A stretch of 64,000 bases of DNA from an uncultured Pirellulales bacterium (GTDB taxonomy: Bacteria; Planctomycetota; Phycisphaerae; Sedimentisphaerales; SM23-30): contig CAZICK010000001.1 of assembly GCA_964537505.1 (NCBI GenBank), forward strand, positions 11,530-75,529, read 5' to 3'. Positions 26,598-37,095 of this stretch are shown piece by piece; position 1 is the first letter of the stretch, and each line of letters opens with the position of its first letter. The position numbers and the translations under genes are program-made. A model generated the notes under the pieces. It did no database searches and was not told where the DNA came from. It was given only the letters and a program-made list of their open reading frames with translations.

Positions 26598-27833
26598 ATG
26601 CGAGATCACCTGAAATTTGTAGCAGTTGGGCACGTAGATCACGGTAAAAGTACGCTTATCGGCAGACTGCTTTATGATACGAATTCACTGCCACCCGACA
26701 AAATGGACGAAGTACGCATGGCAAGCGAAGAAAACGACGGCGTACCGGAATTCGCATTTGTCATGGACCACCTGGAGGAAGAACGTAGAAACCGCGTGAC
26801 CATCGACACCGCCCAGATATTCTTCAAAACAGCCAAACGTGAATACGTGATTATCGATGCGCCGGGACATAAACAGTTTCTCAAAAACATGATAACCGGT
26901 TCGACTCAGGCCGAAGCTGCCCTGCTGCTGGTCGCAGCCGAGGAAGGTCTGCAGGAGCAAACCCACCGTCACGCGTATATGCTCAGCCTGCTGGGTATCA
27001 GGCAACTGCTGATCGTTATCAACAAAATGGACCTGGTCAACTACGATCAACAGCGGTTCGAACAAATCAAGAAAGATATTACCAAACGCCTTGAAGAGTT
27101 CGGCATGGAACCACCACTGATGACGATACCGATCGTATCGACCCTCGGTGAAAACGTCGCTCGACGTAGCGACAAAATGGACTGGTACGACGGCATGACC
27201 CTGCTGGAAGGACTGGACCAACTGCAACCGGCCCCCTCGGCCCAGAATGGCCGGCTTCGCTTCCCGGTACAGGATATATATGAACTCGAAGGCGAAAAGG
27301 TGTTGGTAGGCCGCCTGGCATCGGGTACACTCCGCAACGGTCAGGATATCATGTTCCACCCGCTCGGCAAGACCGCAACGGTGGACTATATTAAGGTTTT
27401 TGGAGCCAGCAAAGATCAGGCAATCGCCGGCGAATCGATCGGCATAGTCCTCAAAAACAAAAACGCCATGCAGGGACTCGCCAGGGGCGAAGTAGCCTGT
27501 GACCTCAGCCCGTCACCGCACGTTCACAATACAATCGTGGCCACGGTATTCTGGATGAACGGAGAACCGCTTAGGAAAGACGAAACGATCGATCTGAAGT
27601 GCGCCACACGACAGGTCTCGTGCAAAGTCAAAAAAATCACCGATCGTATGAATTCTTCCACCCTGGAAATAATCGCCACCGACGCCAAGGACCTCCACGA
27701 CACCGAAGTGGCCAAACTGACCCTCAAGGCGGACGGATATGTGTGTATGGACCCGTTTGAATCCGTAGCTGAAACAGGCCGGTTCGTATTAATGCGCGAC
27801 AACGATACAGTTGCCGGCGGCATATTGCATTAG
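26598..27833 (+). CDS. cysN: Sulfate adenylyltransferase subunit 1 (CysN GTPase), without fused APS-kinase domain
   Basis: 411 aa. G1 GHVDHGKSTLIGRLL, G3 DAPGH, G4 NKMD. EF-Tu-like domains II/III are present, with no C-terminal CysC module. Confidence 0.9.
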   Translation: MRDHLKFVAVGHVDHGKSTLIGRLLYDTNSLPPDKMDEVRMASEENDGVPEFAFVMDHLEEERRNRVTIDTAQIFFKTAKREYVIIDAPGHKQFLKNMITGSTQAEAALLLVAAEEGLQEQTHRHAYMLSLLGIRQLLIVINKMDLVNYDQQRFEQIKKDITKRLEEFGMEPPLMTIPIVSTLGENVARRSDKMDWYDGMTLLEGLDQLQPAPSAQNGRLRFPVQDIYELEGEKVLVGRLASGTLRNGQDIMFHPLGKTATVDYIKVFGASKDQAIAGESIGIVLKNKNAMQGLARGEVACDLSPSPHVHNTIVATVFWMNGEPLRKDETIDLKCATRQVSCKVKKITDRMNSSTLEIIATDAKDLHDTEVAKLTLKADGYVCMDPFESVAETGRFVLMRDNDTVAGGILH

Positions 27834-27925
27834 AGAACCTCTAAAAATTGCTTTCGTCACAAGAACGAGCGAAATTTTCGTCAGCGAAACACAGAGATCA
27901 AAAATCGCCGCTTCCGCTTGCAGCG
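27834..27925 (+). repeat. Single-arm copy of the MITE-like element found complete at 63413-63596
   Basis: AGAACCTCTAAAAATTGCTTTCGTCACAAGAACGAGCGAAATTTTCGTCAGCGA...TCAAAAATCGCCGC matches the reverse complement of 63505-63592 with only a handful of mismatches. It begins directly at the cysN stop codon. Confidence 0.7.
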
Positions 27926-28001
27926 TCAAGCAGACCATTGCCATTAAATAAACTGGTTGTCAGTTGACTTTGCTAAACGCACTTTACTATTTTATCGGGT
28001 A

Positions 28002-28727
28002 TCAAACAGTGCCTTTTGTACGCTGATCCAGCGTTCGCCAAATAAGTTTTGCCGCTGACTCAGGGCTGAACTTCTCGGTATTGATCACAATGTCATAGTA
28101 TTTGCAATCACAGATGTCCGCATTGAGAAAGTCCTTAGCAAATTCTTTTCGTGCCCGGTCTTCCCTGATCACTATGCTTTTCGCCTTATCGAGAGCAATA
28201 TTGTTGCGATGGGCGTAACGCTGGCAACGCAGATCAAACGGGGCAATTATGCGTACGCTCAGTCCACTTTCTCGTGGCAGAATCATCCCGGCCGCCCGGC
28301 CCAATATCGTAGCCCGGCCGTGCTTGGCGATAACCAGCAAAACCTTCGTCAGATGACGATAATAGTCCAGTTGTCGCACCGCTTTTTCTGTGAAAATCGG
28401 CGCCAGCCAGTCTTCGATCCAACTGATCGTACGTTCATCCACACTCTCCAAAACGCTTTTGTGGACATCCATATTCTCAGCCATGTAATCGAGAATCTCC
28501 TTGTCATACACTTGCCATTTCAACAGCCCCGTCAGGGCCTGGGCGATTTCCGCCCCGCCGCTGCCCAATTCCCGGCTGATGGCAATATAGTCTATCTTGA
28601 CCCCTTCGGTTCCCACCAACCGCGTCTGGGTCTCACGCTTGACCTGTTCATTCTGCGCCATCTCCCATTGCCGCATCTGTCCTTCGACGATTTGGCTGAT
28701 TTCCCGATTGTGAATATTAGCAGGCAT
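28002..28727 (-). CDS. Cytidylate-kinase-like family protein (P-loop-type NMP kinase fold)
   Basis: 241 aa. IAISRELGSGGAEIAQAL...WQVYDKEILDYMAENM is the signature of the cytidylate kinase-like family. Confidence 0.7.
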   Translation of the reverse strand: MPANIHNREISQIVEGQMRQWEMAQNEQVKRETQTRLVGTEGVKIDYIAISRELGSGGAEIAQALTGLLKWQVYDKEILDYMAENMDVHKSVLESVDERTISWIEDWLAPIFTEKAVRQLDYYRHLTKVLLVIAKHGRATILGRAAGMILPRESGLSVRIIAPFDLRCQRYAHRNNIALDKAKSIVIREDRARKEFAKDFLNADICDCKYYDIVINTEKFSPESAAKLIWRTLDQRTKGTV

Positions 28728-29037
28728 AAATACGACTCCTCTACCAAGAGGTGATTTTTACCAACCGTCACGATAAAATGCTCTTACTGCTCCCCTGATC
28801 ATACACCATAAAAACCATCTTTGCCAGGCAAAAAAGTTTGTTTTATCTCTCAATCCAACCATAAGCCGGTTGCTGTAGGACCAAAACCCGTACCCCCGGC
28901 ATTGCCGCAGTTTTTGCCGGTACCGCATTTTTCGTGTCAAAATGGCCCTGTCCTGCTTATAATGAGTGTTGGTGGCATGGTTAGATCGGCAAATCCAAAA
29001 CATTTTATCGATTATAACACAAGTTGGAGATCAAAAT

Positions 29038-29608
29038 ATGTTACTTAACAGCGAATACCTAAGACCTCTTTGCACGGGGGCTTGCCTATAACGATTACCT
29101 GGTCACCGGTACGGACGATCAGCGGCAGCGGTGGGAGACTGTTTACAATGCTGCCCATATAACAGCCTAGCAGAAAAAATTGTTGGAGGGTTTTGTTCGC
29201 CAAATGAATGTTCTTGTTGTCAGTGGAATATGGTGCGGCGACTGCGTCGAACAGTGTCCGCTCCTTGAACGCATTGCCCAGACCGGCAACAAAATCAATC
29301 TGCGATTCGTTGATCGCGACTCCGACAGCAAATTGTCTGAAAACCTTATTATCAATGCTGGCAACCGTGTTCCCGTGGCTGTGTTTATGGCTGAGGATTT
29401 CGCATTGTGCTCCTGGTACGGCGACCGCAGCCTGACCCGTTACCGCCGCCTCGCTCAAAGGCAACTGGGCCCGGCCTGTTCCACCGGCCTGTTCGTCCCG
29501 GACGAACAGGAATTGGCCCTGACCCTGACAGACTGGATGAACGAATTCGAACGCATTCAACTAATGCTTCGGCTGAGCACCCGCCTGCGTCAAAAACACC
29601 AGGACTGA
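29038..29608 (+). pseudogene. Thioredoxin-fold protein (WCGDC motif), apparently disrupted by one frameshift and one in-frame TAG
   Basis: ATG 29038 with a GGAGA RBS gives MLLNSEYL. Homology-like sequence then continues in the +1 frame from 29063 (DLFARGLAYNDYLVTGTDDQRQRWETVYNAAHITA) up to TAG 29168-29170. It resumes in frame as QQKKLLEGFVRQMNVLVVSGIWCGDCVEQCPLL (track ORF 29180-29608). Confidence 0.5.
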
Positions 29609-29923
29609 CGAAACTGTCAGGCCAAATCACAAACTCCAACAATAGTGGTACGCCCACATCTGCCCGCGAACTCGGTTGTGAACTCAGCGAAATGGCGAGG
29701 GTGCACCCAAACTCGGCCGGTTCATCCTTTCGCAACTCATTTACAAGGGTGTAATTTCAGCTTCCTGATTTGCCAATACAGGGTTTTTATATTAAATTAG
29801 ATAAGTCTGGTAATACAGGTAAGTATTTATGGGTCTGTTTGACCGAAAAATTGGCAAGAAACGATATTTATTCAAACTGAGTGGTCTCAGGACCTATAAC
29901 AAAAATTCCTGAGAGCTGATGCC

Positions 29924-30673
29924 ATGCTGGAAAGATCGGAAAGATTACTGCCTTGTCGGCCCTCACCTCAAAGCCATGCAGGGCGATATGTCCGCATAAG
30001 GCTGGAAGATGCCTCCTCCATCTCAACAAATCGTATATTTGAGCTTATCCTTGCAGTAGCCGCTGCTGTATGGTTGATAAGCATTCTTAACAACTCGCTC
30101 AGCGGCTGGCTAGGCTGGCTGGGACCAGCCATTGTGCTGACCGCCCCTGTTGGGCTGGTCACTCTCATTCAAGGCGGGAAAATCTCTCGGCTCGGACTGA
30201 ACCTGGATCGGCCGGGTTATTGCCTTGGATTGTTGGCTGTTACCTGCCTGGCGGCTTTTCCTGCCACCCTGGCAGGATTGTGGCTGCTGAGCCGGATTGG
30301 GGTCGCACCACCCTTGGCGCCGGCGATTGAAAAAGGCGCCTGGCCCAACTGGATACTATATCAATTTATGTACATTGCCGTAGCAGAGGAGATTTTCTTC
30401 CGTGGTTACGTGCAGAGCTCTCTCCTGCAGATGAAACCGCCCCTGGCCGTGCGATACCCGCGAATATGGCAGGGGATGACGATCGTTATATCAGCCGGGG
30501 TTTTCGCCCTGGCCCATACGATAATTTTGGGGGATATTTTATCGGTCCTGACATTTTTCCCCGGCCTTATTTTGGGATGGCTCTTTGTCCGAACAAGGTC
30601 TTTGTTGGCTCCTGTTCTTTTCCATGGGCTGGCCAACGTTTGTTACGCAATAATGGCGGTAATACTGAGCTGA
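29924..30673 (+). CDS. CPBP-family intramembrane glutamic endopeptidase (CAAX protease / Abi family)
   Basis: 249 aa, polytopic. Motif 1 AVAEEIFFRGYVQ, motif 2 FALAHT, motif 3 FHGLANV. Confidence 0.85.
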   Translation: MLERSERLLPCRPSPQSHAGRYVRIRLEDASSISTNRIFELILAVAAAVWLISILNNSLSGWLGWLGPAIVLTAPVGLVTLIQGGKISRLGLNLDRPGYCLGLLAVTCLAAFPATLAGLWLLSRIGVAPPLAPAIEKGAWPNWILYQFMYIAVAEEIFFRGYVQSSLLQMKPPLAVRYPRIWQGMTIVISAGVFALAHTIILGDILSVLTFFPGLILGWLFVRTRSLLAPVLFHGLANVCYAIMAVILS

Positions 30674-30832
30674 ATGCGGACCGATAATAAAACATTTTTC
30701 GATGTATTAACTCGCAGACATATCCGAGAGGCGTGATCGGCCAAGTCGGTTTCTAAAGACTTAAGTACCTCTCCTGACAGGGCGATAACCTTATACGTGG
30801 AGGTGGTGTATGTCCATAAATGGAGAGTTGTA

Positions 30833-31672
30833 ATGGATAAACGCAAGATACTGTTAGCAACCAATTCAATGCTTGTTTTGGCGTTGGTCTGGATAATTAT
30901 TCAGGCCATGCCTGTGCAGGACAAGCTCAAAATCGCTGCCGGTCGAAATATCTCAGCAGAGCAGGACCGTGCACCTGAAACATCCGCTCCGCCGCCTGAG
31001 TTTTCCCAGACAAACTACAATGAGATTCTCAATAGAAACCTGTTCGAAACCGCCCAGACCACGGATCACACGGACGAGCCTGCGGAAGCGGACGCGAAGA
31101 CTGCCGGTTCGAAGCTCAATCTGGTTTTGCAGGGTACGATTACCGGTCCCCCGCAGATCGCCCGGGCACTTATCGAGGATCTTTCCACGAACACGGCTGA
31201 GCATTATAAAATCGGCGATCTGGTTGCCGGAGCCCGTATCGAAGAGATAAACAAACACGCCGTAACCCTGATCTGTGGCGGCAGAAGAACCACACTGGAA
31301 CTCAACGCCAACAAGCCTCATTCCAGCCCAAACAGCAGCGATACATCATTACAGGTAACCATACCTGTCGAAGAACCCAGAACCAGCTCGCAGATTAGAA
31401 ATGAAATTTTTGAGGACTTTCTCGCTACCGCCCGGATTGAACCGCATATAGTTGACAATCAGGCTCAGGGACTGCGCATCAGTAACTTGAAAAACCTCGA
31501 AGCGGCAAAATTGATTGGTCTGGAAAACGGCGATGTGATCCGGATCGTCAACGGTCAGGAATTAACCAGCAAACAAAAAGCCTTCCAGGTTTTCAAAAAG
31601 GCCAAGACTCAGCCGTACCTGGATATCGAGCTTTTACGGGACAACAAGGTCAAAACATTATCTTTCCCCTAA
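30833..31672 (+). CDS. gspC: GspC-like T2SS protein (N-terminal TM anchor, C-terminal PDZ)
   Basis: ATG 30833 follows GGAGAG. MDKRKILLATNSMLVLALVWIII forms the anchor. PDZ-like GLRISNLKNLEAAKLIGLENGDVIRIVNGQEL. Directly upstream of gspD. Confidence 0.65.
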   Translation: MDKRKILLATNSMLVLALVWIIIQAMPVQDKLKIAAGRNISAEQDRAPETSAPPPEFSQTNYNEILNRNLFETAQTTDHTDEPAEADAKTAGSKLNLVLQGTITGPPQIARALIEDLSTNTAEHYKIGDLVAGARIEEINKHAVTLICGGRRTTLELNANKPHSSPNSSDTSLQVTIPVEEPRTSSQIRNEIFEDFLATARIEPHIVDNQAQGLRISNLKNLEAAKLIGLENGDVIRIVNGQELTSKQKAFQVFKKAKTQPYLDIELLRDNKVKTLSFP

Positions 31673-31689
31673 AACAAAGCCAAAAAACA

Positions 31690-34026
31690 ATGACGCGAAA
31701 ACCAGCAAAAAAATTCACTTATATCGTAAAAGGCATTCTGTCGGGCGTGTGTCTGCTTGGGCTTGTCTTTCCGGGCTGCCAACAAACGCCGGGTAAGGTC
31801 CCGGCCGTTGCCAACAAGCCGAAACCGACCACGCAAATTCCCGATGATTCGCAGACCATCACCATTGACGAGGAAACCGCCCGAATACTCAAACGCCATT
31901 CGGTCAAATACGACTCGTTTTCTTCCGACACCACTGGCAACCCGGCCGACGCCGTAATTGCCGTCAAGGAGCCTTACACCGATACCCCAACACCCGATCA
32001 AAGCGAGATCACCGAAGGTACTTCCGCTGTCGTCGAGCCGCAAAGCACTGTTTTGGAACCCGCTTGTACGGGGCAAATTTCCACACCCGATGAAACTGAA
32101 AATGAGCCGAACCTTGCGAGTTTAATATCCCCTGATGAAACTTTTGAAGATATCACAACTCAACTACCGACCCTGAGCGATCCTAACCTGACCCAGACGC
32201 CGATATCCATCAACTTTAACCAAACAGATATAGTTCTGGTCATCAAGACCATCGGTGACATGACCGGGATAAATTTTATAGTCGATGAAAGTATCACTGG
32301 CAATGTTACGGTACTGTCAAACACCGAGTTGCCATTGGGTGAACTTTACCATTTCCTGGAGTCAATCTTGGAAGTCAAAGGGTTAGCGGCTGTTCCGACA
32401 CGCGACCATGTAAAAATAGTGCCGCGATCCGGAGCCAACAAGCGTAATCTCTTGATACGCATTGGTTGCGACCCGGCGCAAATACCGCAGAACGATTCGG
32501 TGGTCACTCAGATCATGCATCTGAAGTATGCCAATGCCGACGAAATCAGCAGCATCTTCCAGGGCTGCCTGGCTGCGGACGCGAAAATGGATACTTATCG
32601 TCCTACCAATACCATCCTTCTGACCGACACTTCCTCGAATATTCACCGCATAGCCAATATCATCGGACAGCTTGACGTGCCCAGCGCCAAGGCAAAGCGC
32701 ACGGTTATACACTTGAAGTATGCCTCCGCTCAGGCTTTGGCCAAGCAAATAATGGAAATCATGGAGAAAAACAAAACAACCTTTTCCCCGCCCGGGCGTC
32801 CCGTCCCGGCGTCCCAAACACAAACTGGCGTACAGATTCAACCTGACCCCAGAATCAGCGCTCTGGTTGTCGTAGCCGACGAACAGGACACCAACACTAT
32901 TAAGGAGCTGGTCCGGCAGCTTGATATAGAGACGCCTGCCGGCTCGTATAATTTTCATGTTGTGCCGCTTTACCACGCACAGGCCAAGGAAGCCGAGCAA
33001 TCCCTTCAGCCGGTGCTCGCCAACCTCAGAATTGCAAGTGCCCCCAATACCGATTCGCTGCAGGGGAGTATCACTGCGGACGAAAGCACCAATTCACTAA
33101 TTATTACTGCTTCCGCCCAAGACTTCAAGGTTCTTTCCGACATTATCAAACAACTCGATATCGTACGTGAGAATGTACTGGTCGAGTTGCTTATCATGGA
33201 GGTCAGTCAGGACAAATTGCTGGAGATAGGCATTGACTGGGCCACTTTTGACCAGGCGGTCTCAGATGGCGTTCGCGGTTTTGCCAACACAAATTTCGGC
33301 GTCAGGGTTGACGCCGTCAATGGTGAGTCGGAAGGCCTTACTGTCGGCGCTTTCAAGGACGTTGGCGGTAACACCCAGATAGGCGCTATTATCAATGCCA
33401 TGGAAACGGAATCGGGAGTGAATATCCTCTCCACACCGCATATCCTGGCATCCAACCATAAAAAGGCCAAGATAATCGTCGGTGACAACATTCCTTTTGT
33501 CATCCAGACCAGAATTACCGAGTCGGATCCCAGTACGCCCACGGTCATCAAGAATATCGACTACAAGGACGTCGGTGTTAGTTTGGAAATCACCCCTCAT
33601 ATCAGTCATAAGGACATGATTCGTTTGGTAATCAGCAGTCAGTTTACCCAACTCATCGACAGTATTACAGGTTTGTCCGCCGATACTCCTACCACTTCAA
33701 AACGGCAGATTGACACCGAAATTTCCATGGCCAGCGGTAAAACCGTGGTTATTGGCGGACTCATCCGCGATGACAAGATCACCATCGAAAATAAAATCCC
33801 TCTGATTGGCGATATCCCATTGATCGGCAATCTGTTCAAATTCCAGCGCGACCGCCTGCAAAAAACCAATCTGCTGCTGTTCATAACTCCCTACGTTCTG
33901 AGCAGCCAGTCGGACCTGGCAAACGTTACCTTAAGGAAGCAGAATGAGATCGCGCCGGAACTGGGCCAACGGGTTAATGACAAAAACATTGAAAACGAGG
34001 ATATATTAAAATCTATTTGGCGTTAA
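31690..34026 (+). CDS. gspD: Type II secretion system secretin GspD
   Basis: 778 aa. Repeated N-domains (INFNQTDIVLVIKTIGDMTGINFIVD...) and a secretin core (VNILSTPHILASNHKKAKIIVGDNIPF ... TVVIGGLIRD...IPLIGDIPLIGNLF). Confidence 0.9.
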   Translation: MTRKPAKKFTYIVKGILSGVCLLGLVFPGCQQTPGKVPAVANKPKPTTQIPDDSQTITIDEETARILKRHSVKYDSFSSDTTGNPADAVIAVKEPYTDTPTPDQSEITEGTSAVVEPQSTVLEPACTGQISTPDETENEPNLASLISPDETFEDITTQLPTLSDPNLTQTPISINFNQTDIVLVIKTIGDMTGINFIVDESITGNVTVLSNTELPLGELYHFLESILEVKGLAAVPTRDHVKIVPRSGANKRNLLIRIGCDPAQIPQNDSVVTQIMHLKYANADEISSIFQGCLAADAKMDTYRPTNTILLTDTSSNIHRIANIIGQLDVPSAKAKRTVIHLKYASAQALAKQIMEIMEKNKTTFSPPGRPVPASQTQTGVQIQPDPRISALVVVADEQDTNTIKELVRQLDIETPAGSYNFHVVPLYHAQAKEAEQSLQPVLANLRIASAPNTDSLQGSITADESTNSLIITASAQDFKVLSDIIKQLDIVRENVLVELLIMEVSQDKLLEIGIDWATFDQAVSDGVRGFANTNFGVRVDAVNGESEGLTVGAFKDVGGNTQIGAIINAMETESGVNILSTPHILASNHKKAKIIVGDNIPFVIQTRITESDPSTPTVIKNIDYKDVGVSLEITPHISHKDMIRLVISSQFTQLIDSITGLSADTPTTSKRQIDTEISMASGKTVVIGGLIRDDKITIENKIPLIGDIPLIGNLFKFQRDRLQKTNLLLFITPYVLSSQSDLANVTLRKQNEIAPELGQRVNDKNIENEDILKSIWR

Positions 34027-34059
34027 GCGACTCCGCGATGGACAGTTGGTAATATAAGC

Positions 34060-35820
34060 ATGGTGCGTACAGAATCAATAGGGCAAATTTTACTACGCCA
34101 GACGGCTCTCACCGCCGAGCAGCTCGATCAGGCTCTACGCCTGCAGCAGACACGCCGGCCCCGGCAGGAACTCGGCCGAATACTTATCGAAGAGGGCTTC
34201 ATCATGCCCACTCAACTCTATCAGGCCCTGGCCACGCAGTGGGACATCCCTTATTTGGATGCCATCTCTCCGGATGATCTCAAGGACGAATTGGTAAAAC
34301 AACTACCGCTCGAATTCCTCAAAAAACATTCCATGGTGCCGATCACCGATAAACAACAGCACGTTACCATTGCCGTTGCCGACCCTCTTAACACAGAGGC
34401 TTATGATGCGGTATCGAATCTGCTCGGACGTTATTGTCCGAGAGTTATATGTCCGCCCGGAGAAATCGAACAGGCCATCAGCCGTTGTTACTATCACGAA
34501 CTTGATCCAAACAGCCGGGACGATAATAAAAAAACAGAAAAACGCTTTCCCGCCGCCAGCCCCGCAAACACGACGGGCCAGACCAGACTGGAGGACTTGC
34601 TTAACATTGACCGGCAAACGCCTATCGTCAAACTGGTCAATACTATTTTGTTCCAGGCGGTCAATAATCGGGCCAGTGACATTCACATTGAACCTTACGA
34701 AAACGAAGTAAAAATCCGTTTTCGGGTCGATGGCGTACTGCACGATGTCTTCACTCCAGTCAAAAGCCAGGTTGCCGCTTTGATCTCACGCCTGAAGATC
34801 ATGGCCAATCTCAACATCGCCGAGCACCGACTGCCACAGGATGGTCAAAGCCGAATCAGGATCGGCACAAAGGAACTGGACATTCGCGTCTCGATTATTC
34901 CCACTTCCGGCGGAGAACGCGTCGTCCTGAGACTGCTGGATAAAGGCGGGCATGGACTGACACTGGAGCAAATCGGTTTCGCTCCGGACATTAAGGATCG
35001 TTTCAAAAACCTGATCCATTCTCCGCACGGCATCATTTTGCTGACCGGCCCTACCGGCAGCGGCAAAACCTCTTCGCTTTATTGCGCCATCAACGAACTC
35101 AACACGCACGAGCGAAACATCCTCACTGTGGAAGACCCTATCGAATACCAGTTACCCGGGGTGGGCCAAATGCAGGTAAAGCCCAAGATCAATCTTAACT
35201 TTGCCAACTGCCTGCGACATATTCTCCGGCAGGACCCCGATGTCATTATGATCGGCGAGATCCGCGACATCGAAACTGCACAGATCGCCATTCACGCCTC
35301 GCTCACCGGACATCTGGTCCTCAGTACCCTGCACACCAACGATTCCGCTTCCGCCGTTTCCCGGTTGGCCGATATGGATATCGAACCGTATCTGATCTCC
35401 TCATCGCTGATCGCGATAATGGCTCAGCGACTCTTACGGGTCATTTGCCCGGATTGCAAAACTCCATGTACGACCGAGCACAATCTGCAAAACCTTACAG
35501 ACTCTCACCAGGAGTATATGGATACGCAATTTTACACGGGCGCCGGATGCGATCGGTGTTTCCAAACCGGCTACTTCGGCAGAACCGGGATATTCGAACT
35601 GCTGGTAGTCGATGAAGACATAAAAGAACTGATCGCCAGGCAGGCCCCGGCCCACGTTATCAAAGGAACAGCCCTCAAAAAAAACATGCGCACTTTACGC
35701 GACGACGGTTTGCGTCAGGCCATGGCCGGCGTTACCACGCTCGAAGAAGTATTAAGGGTCACCCAGGACAAAACTACTCCGGATATAAGGACCACCGAAC
35801 ATGTCCCAACCGGATCATAA
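34060..35820 (+). CDS. gspE: Type II secretion ATPase GspE
   Basis: 586 aa. GspE_N-like start, Walker A GPTGSGKTSS, GEIRD, LVLSTLHTND, and tetracysteine CPDC...CDRC. Confidence 0.9.
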   Translation: MVRTESIGQILLRQTALTAEQLDQALRLQQTRRPRQELGRILIEEGFIMPTQLYQALATQWDIPYLDAISPDDLKDELVKQLPLEFLKKHSMVPITDKQQHVTIAVADPLNTEAYDAVSNLLGRYCPRVICPPGEIEQAISRCYYHELDPNSRDDNKKTEKRFPAASPANTTGQTRLEDLLNIDRQTPIVKLVNTILFQAVNNRASDIHIEPYENEVKIRFRVDGVLHDVFTPVKSQVAALISRLKIMANLNIAEHRLPQDGQSRIRIGTKELDIRVSIIPTSGGERVVLRLLDKGGHGLTLEQIGFAPDIKDRFKNLIHSPHGIILLTGPTGSGKTSSLYCAINELNTHERNILTVEDPIEYQLPGVGQMQVKPKINLNFANCLRHILRQDPDVIMIGEIRDIETAQIAIHASLTGHLVLSTLHTNDSASAVSRLADMDIEPYLISSSLIAIMAQRLLRVICPDCKTPCTTEHNLQNLTDSHQEYMDTQFYTGAGCDRCFQTGYFGRTGIFELLVVDEDIKELIARQAPAHVIKGTALKKNMRTLRDDGLRQAMAGVTTLEEVLRVTQDKTTPDIRTTEHVPTGS

Positions 35821-37081
35821 CAACATGGACAAATTCTGCCGTGCTTCTCAAAGCGATCAACCGCCGGTGGTCACCATAATTGACCCACCTGTCCGCTATG
35901 ACGTTGACGCCGGAGAAGAAAATACAGATGTATTTTCCAGTCCCCATCCCGTTCCTGAAGATACTTGCCCCAACGGCAATAAACTGGATTCATCCGCCGG
36001 ACCTGCCGACGAAACTGACTCGACCGGAAGGATCAAACCCAGGGACCTTTGCGTAATCACCAGGCAGTTGGCCACACTCTTACACGCCGGTATGCCGCTT
36101 GTACCTGCACTGGCGGCCATCACCGAACAACTCCAGGTGCCCGGCAAAAACACCCACGCAAACCTAAAAGCTCAGATAATCCAACAGATCACCGATCGCG
36201 TCAGAAACGGTGCTTCGCTGGCTGACGCTTTACGCAAACATCCCGGCACATTCTCCAACCTGTTTATTAATATGGTCTATGCCGGCGAGACTGGCGGCGT
36301 CCTCGAAGAAGTACTTGTAAAGCTGGCCGATATGCTGGAAAAACGAACCAGACTTATCGGCAAGGTCAAAGCCGCCCTTACCTATCCCGCCCTGATGACC
36401 GTTGCCGCCGTCGGCGTGGTTATCTTTCTGATGGCGTTTGTCGTTCCCGGCATCGCCAACATATTCCTCGATATGAACCATTCGCTTCCCTGGCCGACCA
36501 CTATGCTCATTTGCATCAGTACATTTCTCAAAACCTATCTGCTGCTGATCGTCATTATTGTTTGTATTTTTATCTTTGCCGTCGGCAGTTACCTTAAAAC
36601 CGAAACAGGCAAAATGAAATGGGATCGGTTTAAGTTGAAACTGCCTCTGGCAGGTCAGCTATTTCTCAAAATAGAAACCATACGCCTGACACGCACCTTG
36701 GGCATAATGATCTCCAGCGGCATCCCCATCCTGGAGGCCCTCGATATCGCCAAAGGAGTCGTCCAAAACAGCTTCATCGCCGCTGCGATGAATGACCTCG
36801 CTGATAACATCGGCAAAGGAAACGCCATCGCCGATTCGATCAAAAAAACCGGCTTGTTCCCGCCCATTATCTACCACACCATCTCTATCGGCGAAATGAG
36901 CGGAAACGTCGATGAACAGCTTATCAATATTGCACAGGTATATGATAATGAAATAGAATTAACCGTCCGATCTCTCACCTCGGTGATCGAACCGGCGGTC
37001 TTACTGATAATGGGTCTGGTGGTCGGCTTTATCGTACTGGCCATGCTGCTGCCCATATTCGAGATCAACCAGATGATTTAA
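35801..37081 (+). CDS. gspF: Type II secretion platform protein GspF
   Basis: 426 aa. Overlaps the gspE stop by 20 nt. Duplicated GspF domains and C-terminus EPAVLLIMGLVVGFIVLAMLLPIFEI. Confidence 0.9.
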   Translation: MSQPDHNNMDKFCRASQSDQPPVVTIIDPPVRYDVDAGEENTDVFSSPHPVPEDTCPNGNKLDSSAGPADETDSTGRIKPRDLCVITRQLATLLHAGMPLVPALAAITEQLQVPGKNTHANLKAQIIQQITDRVRNGASLADALRKHPGTFSNLFINMVYAGETGGVLEEVLVKLADMLEKRTRLIGKVKAALTYPALMTVAAVGVVIFLMAFVVPGIANIFLDMNHSLPWPTTMLICISTFLKTYLLLIVIIVCIFIFAVGSYLKTETGKMKWDRFKLKLPLAGQLFLKIETIRLTRTLGIMISSGIPILEALDIAKGVVQNSFIAAAMNDLADNIGKGNAIADSIKKTGLFPPIIYHTISIGEMSGNVDEQLINIAQVYDNEIELTVRSLTSVIEPAVLLIMGLVVGFIVLAMLLPIFEINQMI

Positions 37082-37095
37082 CGGAGTTAGAAAAA

